From assembly GCA_030390025.1 (NCBI GenBank), contig CM059432.1, forward strand, positions 48,486,001-48,550,000: 64,000 nt of DNA, written 5' to 3'. Both the position numbers and the translations under genes were made by a program. Below, one piece after another: positions 25,088-37,486 of this stretch; positions within the stretch are counted from its first letter, which is position 1; each line of letters opens with the position of its first letter. The stretch comes from Squalus acanthias. Taxonomy: Eukaryota. The notes beneath the pieces are model-generated. The model was not told the DNA's origin. It was given only the letters and a program-made list of their open reading frames with translations, and did not search any database.

Positions 25088-28000
25088 TAGGGAGGGGTGG
25101 AAGGATTCAGGAAAGAGTAAATTTAAAAGCAGTAAGAGAAATGTCAAGGCTCTAGAGCAGAGTAGAGTTTTGAGTAAAAATAAGCAGAGTGAATCAGGGA
25201 CAGAGAGAGAGTAACAAAGGTAATAAGGCATCAGGGAAAAAATAGAAATAAGTCAAAGCTAAAGGCACTATATCTAAATGCACGGAGCATTCGCAACAAA
25301 ATAGGTGAATTAATAGCGCAGATAGAAATTAACAGGTTTGATCTAATAGCCATAACGAAGACGTGGTTGCAAAGTGGCCAAGGTTGGGAACAAAATATTC
25401 CAGGATACTTAACTTTTAGAAGAGATATGAAAAATGGAAAAGGAGGATGGGTAGCCCTGATAATAAAGGATGGGATAAAGACAGTAGAGAGACAGGAACT
25501 TAGCTCCGAAAATCAAGAAGTAGAATCAGTTTGGGTGGAGCTAAGAAACAGCAAGGGGCAGAAAACATTTGTGGGAGTTGTTGATAGGCCCCCAAACAGT
25601 ATGGCCCAAAAATTAGTGCCGCTACGCGAGAGTACGCACTGCGTACTCTCGCGTATTCTGTCTCCAATTGCCGGTTTTCTGCATGCACTGCGCATGCGCT
25701 GAAAACCGGCACTTGGTGAATGGAAAAGGGGGCGGGTCCTAGGTGAACCGCGTGCGCGCTACAGGCTGCGCGCTTAGTGGTTTCAACGCGCAGCTAAGTA
25801 CGGAAGATTCTACACATAAAAAAAGGAGGAGTAAGACCCACTTTTAACAAGGTAAGTAGTGAATTAAGTATTATTTTGAATTTTTTTTAACAGGTATATC
25901 TTTTTTAGAGACTTTAAAGACAGGTAAGTTTATTTTTATAACTTTTTAAAAGATTTAAAATTTTTTCAAAAATTTAATTTTTTATTTAAAATGGTTAATT
26001 TATTTAACTATACTTAAAATGTGATGGTTTTTTTTTTAAATTTAATTGAGGTTTAGCGGTTCTTTTGGGGGGCTATAGTATTCATAACTTTCACAGCACT
26101 TATGTGAAAGTTATGAATGGAAGATGGTGCGCTGCCATTGGCTCTAACTGAGTCACGTGATCCCACAGCTCGCACGAATTAACTACGCCGGTGGGATACG
26201 CAAGCCCAGCACAGCAGCTGTCCAGAACATCAAGTTCGTGCGAGCTGGAACTGAAAAAGCCAACGCGGAGTGAGAGATCGCGGGGAGGCCTTACCCTCGC
26301 ACGAAGGCTTCCTCACGAATTTTTGGGCCTATAAATCAGGAAATTAGAGGCGCATGTAACAATGGTAATACAGTAATCATGGGGGACTTTAATCTACATA
26401 TAGACCGGGCAAACCAAATTTGCAGTAATAGTGTGGAGGATGAATTCATGGAATGCATGCAAGATAGTTTTCTAGATCGGTATGTTGAAGAACCAACTAG
26501 GGAACAGGTTATTTTAGATCTAGTATTGTGCAATGAGAAAGGGTTGATTAATAACCTTGTACTAAAGGGGCCTTTAGGGAAGAGTGACCAAAATATGTTA
26601 GAATTTTATATTGAGTTTGAAAGTGATTTAGTTAAATCCGAAACTAGGGTCTTCAATCTAAACAAAGCAAACTACATAGGTATGAGCGGCGAGTTGGCAA
26701 AGGCAAATTGGGAAACTACATTAAAAGGTATGACGGTAGACAAGCAATGGCTAGCATTTAAAGAATTAATACATAATTTACAACAAATATACATTCCTTT
26801 AAAGCACAAAAACCCCACAAGAAAAGTGGTCCAACCGTGGCTAACAAGAGAAGTTAAGGATAGTATTAGATCAAAGGAAGAGGCTTATAATCTTGCCAAA
26901 AAAGAGTAGTGAGCATGAGGATTGGGAGGATTTTAGAATTCAGCAGAGGACCAAGAAATTGATAAAGAAAGGGAAAACAGAATAAGAGAATAAACTAGCG
27001 AGAGACATAAAAACAGACTGTAAAAGCTTCTATAGGTATGTAAAAAGGAAAAGATTAGCGAAAGTAAATGTGGGTCCCTTACAGGCTGAGACAGGAGAAA
27101 TTATAATGGGGAATAAGGAAATGGCAGAGAAATTAAACAAATACTTTGTGTCTGTCTTCACGGAAGAAGACGCAAAAAGCTTCTTGGAAATAATGGAGAA
27201 CCAAGGCTCTAGCGAGAATGAGGAACTGAAAGAAATTAGTATTAGTAAAAAAATTAGTATTGGAGAAATTAATGGGACTGAAAGCTGATAAATCCCCTGG
27301 ACCTGATGGCCGACATCCTAAGGTTTTGAAAGAGTTGGCTATAGGGATAGTGGATGCATTGGTTGTCATTTTCCAAAAATCCATAGATTCTAGAACGGTT
27401 CCCGCGGACTGGAAGGTAGCAAATGTAACCCCACTATTTAAGAAAGGAGGGAGAGAGGAAAAAAGGGGAACTACAGACCAGTTAGTGTGACATCAGTAGT
27501 AGGGAAAAATGCTAGAATCTATTATTAAGGACGTGGTAACGGCACTTAGAAAATAATAATAGGATTGGGCAGAGTCAACATGGATTTATGAAAGGGAAAT
27601 CGTGTTTGACAAATCTGTTATTTTGAGGTTGTAACTAGCAGAATAGATAAGGGGGAACCAGTGGATGTGGTGTATTTGGATTTTCAGAAGGCATTCGATA
27701 AGGTGCCACACAAGAGGTTATTAAACAAAATTAGGGCCCATGGGATTGGGGGTAATATACTAGCAATGGATTGAGGATTGGTTAACGGACAGAAAACAGA
27801 GAGTAGGAATAAACGGGTCATTTTCGGGTTGGCAGGCTGTAACTAGTGGGGTACCGTAAGGATCAGTGCTTGGGTCTCAGCTATTCACAATCTACATCAA
27901 TGATTTGGATGAGGGGACCAAATGTAATATATCCAAGTTTACTGATGATACAAAGCTGGGTGGGAATGTAAGTTGTAAGGAGGATGCAAGGAGGCGTCAA

Positions 28001-28265
28001 GGGGATATAGACAGGTTAGGTGAGTGGGCAAGAACATGGCAAATGGAATATAATGTGGAGAAATGTGAAGTTATCCACTTTGGTAGGAAAAATAGAAAAG
28101 CAGAGTATTTTTTAAATGGTGATATATTGGGAAATGTTGGTGTTCAGGGGGACCTGAGTGTCCTTGTACATAAATCACTGAAAGTTAACATGCAGGTACA
28201 GCAAGCAATTAGAAAGCAAATGGTTATTACAAGAGGATTTGAGTACAAGAGTAAAGACGTCTTAC
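25088..28265 (+). mobile_element. Decayed CR1 ORF2, interrupted by a MITE and truncated at its 3' end
   Basis: Collinear with the copy at 8030; MGDFNL, ILDLVLCN and KFTDDTKLGG motifs. Confidence 0.92.
25603..26329. mobile_element. Harbinger-like MITE (copy A)
   Basis: Perfect 12-bp TIR GGCCCAAAAATT and 3-bp TSD TAT (25600-25602 and 26330-26332); cleanly interrupts a CR1. Confidence 0.85.
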
Positions 28266-29195
28266 GTTGTGTATATGGACTTTCAAAAGGCGTTTGATAA
28301 AGTACCACATATTAGGCTTGTTTGCAAAATTGAAGCTCATGGGATAAAAGGGGCAATAGCAACATGGATATAAAACTGGCTAAGTGATAGAAAACAGAGT
28401 GTTGTAGTGAATGGCTGTTTATCAGACTGGAGGGAGGTATACAGTGGTGTTCCCCAGGGTTCAGTACCAGGACCACTGCTGTTTTTGATGTACATTAATG
28501 ACTTGGACTTGGGGTACAGGGCACAATTTCAAAATTTGCAGATGGCACGAAACTTCGAAGTGCAGTAAACAGTGAGGATACAGCAATAGACTTCAAGAAG
28601 ACATAGACAGGCTGGTGGAATGGGCAGACACATGGCAGATGAAATTCAACGCAGAGAAGTGTGAGGTGATGCATTTTGATAGGAAGAATGAGGAGAGGCA
28701 ATACAAGCTAACTGGTACAATTTTAAAGGGGGTGCAAGAACAGATACCTGGGGGGGGTGTTTGTGCACAAATCTTTGAAGGTGGCAGGACAGATTAACAA
28801 AGTAGTTAATAAAGCATATGGGATCCTGGGCTTTAAAATAGAGGCATAGAGTACAAAAGCCGGGAAGGTTTGCTAAACCTATATAAAACACTAGCTGGAG
28901 TATTGTGTCCAATTCTGGGCACCACACTTTAGGAAGGACGTGAAGGCTTTGGAGAGGGTACAGAAGAGATTTACTAGAATGGTTCCAGCGATGAGGGATT
29001 AGTTACGTGGATAGACTAGAGAAGCTGGGGGTGTTTTCCTTAGAGCAGAGAAAGCTAAGAGGAGATTTGATAGAGGTCTTCAAAATCATGAAGGGTTTAG
29101 ATAGCGTAAATAAAATGAAATGGTTTCCAATGGCTGAAGGGTCGATAACCAGAGTGCACAGACTTAAAGTGACTGGCAAAAGATCCAGAGGCAAA
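28266..29195 (+). mobile_element. CR1 RT fragment of another subfamily
   Basis: YMDFQKAFDKVPH, WADTWQMKFNAEKC and LRGDLIEVFKIM motifs. Confidence 0.88.
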
Positions 29196-30324
29196 CCATT
29201 CTTTTTGCTATCTATATAGTATTGTATATGTAATTAGTAATATTGGAAAATACTATCGTTTGAAAATGTAGTCCGACAATGGTATATTTTAAAATCTCCT
29301 GCAGTAATAGAACTAGCATTAAATGTGACAGTAATCAGAGTGCCAGGATGAATTTACTAGTGATTGAGTGTGTTTCATTTGTAGGTTTACACTATAATAT
29401 TTAAAACTTAAACTGACCATGAAATGTAATTTTATTCATATTTGAAAAAGAACTGATTACTCACATTTGCCAGTTATTGCCTTCCTTTTGCAATGTTTAA
29501 AGACTGGGTGATTAGTGCAGATATGATGCAAGATTTTTTTGTGCAACCTATGTAACATAGAATTTTTTGCAGTTTATTATGTCATTGGATTAATTTGTCA
29601 AGAGGATTGTATATACATATAGTAAATCCTTATCTGTTTTGGAGAGGAAATATGCAGCATCGGTCTCTTTCTTTTCTTTTAAAAGAGTTGTCGAGATGGG
29701 CAGCCATGACTTGAAGGAGGAGGAGCATCCAGTGCGCATGCACAGCAGCGCCCCCACCAGGCAGTGATGAGCGGCGGATTTGGCGGGTTTTTGAAAAGTG
29801 GTTCACAGAGCCAGAGCGGGACAGCGCCGCAGACAGACGTTAGGCCGGCTCCGAGACACAAAAAAGGAAGCAGATCTGCAGCGAATATAGCAGCAGTCCC
29901 GGCAGCTTTTTTTTTTTAATTGCATGGGTTCAGGGTGCAACCTACTTCCAGACTGCAGTAACCCTGAGCGAGCTCTCCTCGGGGCCCTCCCTCGTAAGAC
30001 TCAGGCGAATGTGCAGCTTGAGCTCCAGCGTGCCGGATAGAATGAACTGGCGGGCCGTATTTTGCCTACCACTGTTCTATATGCATGACTTTCTTATTAG
30101 TAGATCTTCCATGGCATTGCTCACAGCGAATCAGAAGCTACCTTGGTTTATATTGTGCAATGTACAATATTTTATCAACACCAATGCTATGAATGAATTG
30201 TGTTTTCATTGCTGGGTATTGTAGTAATTAACATATGATTTTGCATTTGTGTGTGGAAATTGTAAATCAGCGGCCTTGATTACTAATGAACATATGAATT
30301 AATTTTAATATGAATACCTCAACT

Positions 30325-31475
30325 GAGGATTCCCCTCTACTGTAGTTGACACGGCCCTTGACCATGTCCGTTCTATCTCCCGCACTTCTGCCCTTACCCC
30401 TGCCCCTCCCTCCCGGAACCACGATAGGATTCCCCTTGTCCTCACCTTTCACCCCACCAGCCTCCACATTCAACGGATCATCCTCTGCCATTTCCGCCAC
30501 CTCCAGCGTGATCCCACCACCAAATGCATCTTCCCCTCCCCTCCCCTTTCAGCATTCCGAAGGGATCACTCCTTCCGCGACACCCTGGTCCACTCCTCAA
30601 TCACCCCAACAGCCCCTCCCCTCCCCATGGTACCTTTCCGTACAAGCGCAGGAGATGCAACACCTGCCCTTTTACCTCCTCCCTTCCCACTGTCCAGGGC
30701 CCCAAACACTCCTTCCAGGTGAAACAGCGATTTACTTGTACTTCTTGCAATTTAGTATACTGTATTCGCTGCTCACAATGCAGTCTTCTCTACATTGGGG
30801 AGACCAAACACAGATTGGGTGACCGCTTTTCGGAACACCTCCGTTCAGTCCGTAAGGGTGACCCCGAGCTTCCGGTCGCCTGTCACTTTAATTCTCCGCT
30901 CCACTCCCACTCAGACCTCACCGTCCTAGGCCTTACATTGTTCCACTGAAGCTCAACGTAAGCTCGAGGAACAGCACCTCATCTTTCGATTAGGCACTTT
31001 ACAGCCTTCTGGACTCAACATAGAGTTCAACAATTTCAGATCATAACCTCAGCCCCCATCATATTTTTTTTCCCCACACTTTTTTTTTCTGTTTGTGTTT
31101 TCTTTTCTCTCTCCCACATGGCAGCTGCCTTTCATTCTGCCAGCGCAATTTACACTTCATCTAGAGCCATCTTTTGTTTCTTAACCTGTCCCATTACCAT
31201 CTCCTTTTGCCTTGAATATCTCTTAATGTCTCCTGCCTTCTATCCGATCACAGACCTTCCCTTTTGTTCTTTCATCCCCCTCCCCCCTTTCCCAGCTCCT
31301 ACACTTGCTTAAACATCTGTTCCATTTCCTGCTTTTTTCCAGTTCTGACGAAAGGTCATCGACCTGAAACGTTAACTCTGTTTCTCTCTTCACAGATGCT
31401 GCCTGACCCGCTGAGTATTTCCAGCATTTTCTGTTTTTATTTCAGATTTCCTGCATCTGCAGTATTTTCTTTTTG
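30325..31475 (+). mobile_element. Penelope-like element (family 1): GIY-YIG endonuclease and terminus
   Basis: NLVYCIRCSQCSLLYIGETKHRLGDRFSEH motif; hammerhead-bearing terminus. Confidence 0.92.
31341..31377 (+). ncRNA. Minimal hammerhead ribozyme motif, PLE family 1 (also 17418-17454 -, 24695-24727 +, 47722-47758 +)
   Basis: agtt-CTGACGA-a-aggtc(atc)gacct-GAAA-cgtt-aact. Confidence 0.7.
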
Positions 31476-32627
31476 TATATGAATTAATGTGTTACCTTTG
31501 ACTAAAGCCCAGGATATAGGATAAGATAGGGAAAACATTCCAGGTGGGCAAGAGCTAAGTTGTAAGATCATATGGAGCAGTCGTAGGGAGTTTTTTTTGG
31601 TGGGGGTGGGATGACTCATGGGTCATTAGTGTTGGAACGGTGGATTTGAGAACATTAGGAACAGGGATCATGGAAGAAAAGTAGAGATACAAGTTTCTGA
31701 GAGAACTGGAAGGGAGTGCAGCCATGCTGTTAAAAAGAGCTGTCAATGTTTAATAAGAGTGGAAGAGAGGTGTTGGGTATGGTAGCACTGGGTGTGGGTG
31801 TACTTGGATGTAGGAGGAGTCCCAGGGGGTAGGAGGACTGGGAGGCCAGTACTGGTGTAGCTGTGCTCGGAGGGTACTAGTAGCAGTGTTGGGAGGGAGG
31901 GGCAGAGGTTCAGGGTGTTGCTGACAAAAGCGTGACAACAGATGCTTCTAAGTCATAAATGGCACATTCCACTTGTAAAACATTCTTCAATGCCTTCAGT
32001 AATTTTTTTTAATGATTTGCTTCCTTTAAAGAGTCTTTAAGAGATAGAGCAGAGAGGTTTCAGACGCAAATATGCAACAGCACCACCTACCTTGAAGAAC
32101 TCAATTAGTGGCATGTACAATTAAATGGTTACTTTCAATAGTGACAGATAATTCTAACAAAAAAAGCACAGATAGATAGGCATGAAGGAAATAGAATAGA
32201 AAAAGCTTGGCAGGTAAGTGTTACACTTACAGGACATGCATGGAACAGCTGAGACCTTTAATATATTATAGATCTACATCACAAGATAGTTACAGATGAG
32301 GAAGGCCATCGCCCTATCTTAGTTCATCCATCCAAAAACATCCTGAAGTACCCCTCATTTCAGCACTCAATTATTTCTTAACAAGATTGCAGCGTTTTCA
32401 CATCCACTAGTTTTCAAGGAAGTCTATTCCGTACGCTGATCACTCTTGGGGGGTAATTTTCACTTTTAGGGATTGCGCAAAACAGGCAATATTGGATCAG
32501 CCACCCGTTGTACACCTCTCCCAATTTTCCTTTCCATTGACTTCAATTACAACTTTATAAGTCGTTTTAACAGATTTCTTTTTTTGAAACTGTGTTTGTC
32601 AAACAAAAATAGTGAGATTTGAATTCA

Positions 32628-32693
32628 TTGAAGTATTAGCCCAGGCCTCTGGATTACTAGTCCAGTAACATAACCGCTACACTAATGCACCCC
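32628..32693 (-). mobile_element. Isolated tRNA-like head of the same SINE/LINE family
   Basis: Reverse complement reads gtgtagcggttatgttactggactagtaatccagaggcctgggctaata, matching 19190-19240; anticodon-type loop CTAGTAA. Confidence 0.75.
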
Positions 32694-33063
32694 TATGAAT
32701 ATATGAAGTAGCACAATAAATTAGGTCAGTTAAATCTTATATTAGTATGTGCAAGGTGGGCCAATTCTTACAGAATTTAGTGGTGGGAAATATATTCAGT
32801 GACCTCATTTGGCAAGCCAAAGAATATTTTTGCTTAATTCATTTAATGCATCAAATTTGAATTAATTGAAAATATGCTAATTTATGCAAGCATAAAAATC
32901 CCGATGAACAGCCACAATTTAAAACATGCATATTCATTAAATGTGCAACCAAAGCACGGAGTGGCTACATTACCACCAACTCTTAGCAAGTTTATTCAGT
33001 GAGTAGCTGACCTGTACAAAAGAGTCCCATGTTCAATCCCCAAGTTAGCTCATCTCAGCTCAT

Positions 33064-35015
33064 TAGAAGAGCATGGCAGGAGCAGCACCAGGTGTACCTA
33101 AAAATGCAGTGCCAACCTAGGGAAGCTGCAACACAGGATTACATGCATGCTAAAAAGCAGAAGCAGCATGCTACAGACAGAGCGAAGCAATCCCACAATC
33201 AACGGATCAGATCAAAGCTCTGCAGTCCTTCCACAACCAGTCGTGAATGGTGGTAGACTATTAAACAACTAAAGGGAGGAGGAGGCTCCATGAATATTCC
33301 CATCCTCAATGATGGTGAAGCCCAGCACGTGAGTACAAAAGACAAAGCTGAAGTGTTTGCAACCATCTTCAGCCAGAAGTGTCGAGTGGATGATCCATCT
33401 CGGCCTTCTCCTGAGGTCCCCACCACCACAGAAGCCAGTCTTCAGCCAATTTGATTCACTCCATGTGATATTAAGAAATGGCCGAGTGCACTGGATACAG
33501 CAAAGGCTGTGGGACCCGACAACATCCCGGCTGTCGTGTTGAAGACTTGTGCTCCAGAACTAGCTGCGCCTCTAGCCAAGCTGTTCCAATACAGCTATAA
33601 CACTGGCATCTATCCGACAATATGGAAAACTGCCCTGTCCACAAAAAGCAGGACAAATCCAATCCGGCCAATTACCGCCACATCAGTCTATTCTCAATCA
33701 TCAGCAAAGTGATGGAAGGTGTTGTCGACATTGCTATCAAGCAGCACTTACTCACCAATAACCTGCTCATTGATGCCTAGTTTGGGTTCCGCCAGGACCA
33801 CTTGGCTCCAGACCTCATTACAGCCTTGGTCCAAACATGGACAAAGAGCTGAATTCCAGAGGTGGGGTGAGAGTGAATGCCTTTGACATCAAGGCAGCAT
33901 CTAACCAAGGGTGGCATCCAGAAGCCCTAGTAAAACTGAAGTCAATGGGAATCGGGGGGAAAAACACACCACTGGCTTGAGTCATACCTAGCACAAAGGA
34001 AGATGGTTGTGGTGGTTGGAGGTCAATCATCACAGCCCCAGGATATCACTGCACGAGTTCCTCAGAGCAGTGTCCTAGGCCCAACCATCTTTAGCTGCTT
34101 CATCAATGACCTGCCCTCCATCATAAGGTCAGAAGTGGGGATGTTCGCCGATGACTGCACAGTGTTCAGTGCCATTCGCAACTCCTCAGATAATGAAGCA
34201 GTCCATGTCCGCATGCAGCAAGACCTGGACGACATTCAGGCTTGGGCTGATAAGTGGCAGGTAACATTCGCGCCACACAAGTGCCAGGCAATGACTATCT
34301 CCAACAAGTGAGAGTCTAACCACCGCCCCTTGGCATTCAACAGCATTACTATCGTCGAATCCCCCACTATCAATATCCTGGGGGTCACCATTGACCAGAA
34401 ACTTAACTGATCAGCCACATAAATACTGTGGCAACAAGAGCAGGTCAGAGGCTGGGTATTCTGCAGCGAGTGTCTCACCTCCTGACTCCCCAAAGCCTTT
34501 CAACCATCTACAAGGCACAAGTCAGGAGTGTGATGGAATACTCTCCACTTGCCTGGATGAGTGCAGCTCCAACAACACTCAAGAAGCTCAACACCATCCA
34601 GGACAACGCAGCCCGCTTGATTGGCACCCCATCCACCACCTTAAACATTCACTCCCTCCACCACTGGCGCACCGTGGCTGCAGTGTGTACCATCTACAAG
34701 ATGCACTGCAGCAACTCGCCAAGGCTTCTTCAGCAGCACCTCCCAAACCCGCGACCTCTACCACCTAGAAGGACAAGGGCAGCAGACGCATGGGAACACC
34801 ACCACCTCCAAGTTCCCCTCCAAGTCACACACCATCCTGACTTGGAAGTATATCGCCGTTCCTTCCCTCCCTAACAGCACTGTGGGAGTACCTTCACCAC
34901 ACGTACTGCAGCAGTTCAAGAAGAAAGCTCACCACCACCTTCTCAAGGGCAACTAGAGATGAGCAATAAATGCTGGCCTTGCCAGCGATGCCCACATCCC
35001 ATGAACAAATAAAAA
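33064..35015 (+). mobile_element. tRNA-headed LINE family, 3' 2 kb (linker, RT, tail)
   Basis: Overlaps the 20495-21052 sequence and continues through VPQSSVLGP and MFADDCTVF to the 3' stem-loop. Confidence 0.92.
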
Positions 35016-37486
35016 GCCAGGGTGCCTGTAGGGGCACTACACTTGGCCTAAGCACCTGAGTTAGCGAGGGAAGTATTAGCCAGGGCTCCCACTTCCATCG
35101 GATTACATAGGATATACGGCACAGAAACATGCCATTCGGCCCAACCAGTCCATGCCGGCGTTTATACTCCACTCGAGCCTCCTCCCGTCTTTCCTCATCT
35201 AAATCTATCAGCATAACCCTCCATTTCCTTCTCCCTCATATGCTTATCTAGCATCCCCTTAAATGCATCTATACTATTTGCCTGAACTACTCCTTGTGGT
35301 AGCAAGTTCCACATTCTCATCACTCTCTGAGTAAAGAAGATTCTTCTGAATTCCCTATTTGATTTCTTGGTGACTATCTTATATTGATGGCCTCGAGTTA
35401 TGCTCTTCCCTACAAGTGGAAACACTCTCTCTGTATCTAAAATTCTGAAAGGTTTTGATAGAGTAAAGACCTCAATTAGGTCACCCCTAAGCCTTCTTTT
35501 TCCAAGCGAAAAGAGACACAGTCTGTTCATCCTTTCCTGATATGTATACCCTTGCATTTCTGGTATCATCCTTGTAAATCTTCTCTGCACCCTCTCCAGT
35601 GCCTCTATATCCTTTTTATAATATGGCGACAAGAATTGTACCCAGTACTCCAAGTGTGGTATAACCAAGGTTCGATACAAGTTTAGCATAACTTCCCTAC
35701 TTTTCAATTCTATCCCTCTAGAAATAAACCCTAGTGCTTGGTTTGCTTTTATTTATGGCCTTGTTAACCTGTGTCGCTACTTTTAGATGATTTGTGTATT
35801 TGTACTCCAAGATCCCTTTGCTCCTCTACCCCACCCAAACTCGCACCCTCCAAGTAGTACGTGACCTCCCTAGTCTTCCTACCAAAATGTAATACCTCAC
35901 ATTTATCTGTGTTGAATTTAATTTGGCAATTCTATGCCCATTCTGCAAGTTTATTAATGTCCTCCTGTAATTTGTTGCAGTCCTCCTCACTATTAACCAT
36001 CACCCCCAATTTGGTGTCATCCGCAAATTTAGAAATTGTGTTTTTGATTCCAAAGTCTAAATCGTTAATATAAATTGTGAACAACAACAGTGGTCCCAGC
36101 ACTGATACTTGTGGAACACCACTACTCACCTTCTGCCACTGTGAATAGCTACCCTTTACTCCTATTCTCTGCGTTCTGTCCTGAAGCCAGCCAGTAATCC
36201 ATTCTGCTACTTGTCCCAACTCTACATTCTCTGACTTTGTTCATCAGTCTATTATGGGATACCTTATTGAAGGCCTTTTGAAAATCCAGATAAATTATAT
36301 TTTCTGCATTACCCTCGTCTACTCTCTCAGTTATCTCTTCAAAGAATTCAATGAGGTTGGTCAAGCAAGAGTTTCTCTTTTGAAATCCACGCTGACTAGT
36401 CATTATTATATTTTTGGTTTTTAGATATTCTTCTATTTTCTCCTTTAGTAGGGATTACATTATTTTTCCTACCACCGATGTTAAGCTGACTGATCTATAG
36501 TTCCATGGACATGCTCTATCTCCCTTCTTAAATATAGGTATTATGTTAGCTGTCCGCCAGTCCTCTGGCACTACACCTTTTTCTAATGAATTATTAAATA
36601 TGTGTAGTAATGCCTCTGCTATTTCTTCCCTAGATTCCTTTAAAATGAGCGGATGTAATCCATCCGGACCAGGGATTTTTTCCTGTGAGTTTCATTAGTT
36701 TATTTAATATATCTCCTCTTTTTATTTTAAATGCAGTTATTTCATTACTAATCTCATGATCCAATGTCATGTCCACCTGTTCTATCTCCCTAGTAAATAG
36801 TGAAGCAAAGTAATTGTTTAATATTTCTGCCATCTCTCGATCACTGCCAATGGTATTATCTTTTCCATCCCTTAGTGGCCCTATTCCCATCCCAACCTTC
36901 CTTTTTTTAAATTGATGTGCCTGTAAAATATTTTTCTATTTTGTTTTATATTCCTTTATAATTTAATTTCATAGTTCTTCTTTGCCTTCCGAATTGTTTT
37001 TTTGACTTCTCTCTAATCTCTTCATATTTTCCCTCATCATGCCTCCCTGCTGTCCAAGTACTTAATGTATGCCTCTTTCCTTACCCTCAATTTTTCCCTT
37101 ATGGCTTTCTTCATCCATGGTGTCTCATTCGTGTTTAGTTTGTTCTTGATTTTTAGCAGAATATATTGTTCCTGCAATCTGTTGAACACCGTTTTAAATG
37201 TTTCCCATTGCTGTTCTATGTCATTGCTTGCCAATATTGTTGTCCATTTTATTTTCTATTCTAAGCCTCTCAAAATCAGCTTTTCTCCAATCTATTTCCC
37301 TGGTCTTCGTCATACTTATGTCCTTCACAATTATTATTTTAAAGCGTATTATATTATGGTCACTATTGCCTAGATGTTCCCCTACTTTTACTTCCCTTAT
37401 CTGCTCTGGTTCATTCCCCATTACTAGATCCAACAGCAAATCCTCCCTTGTTGGGCTTTTTACATATTAGGTTAGAAAGGAGTCCT

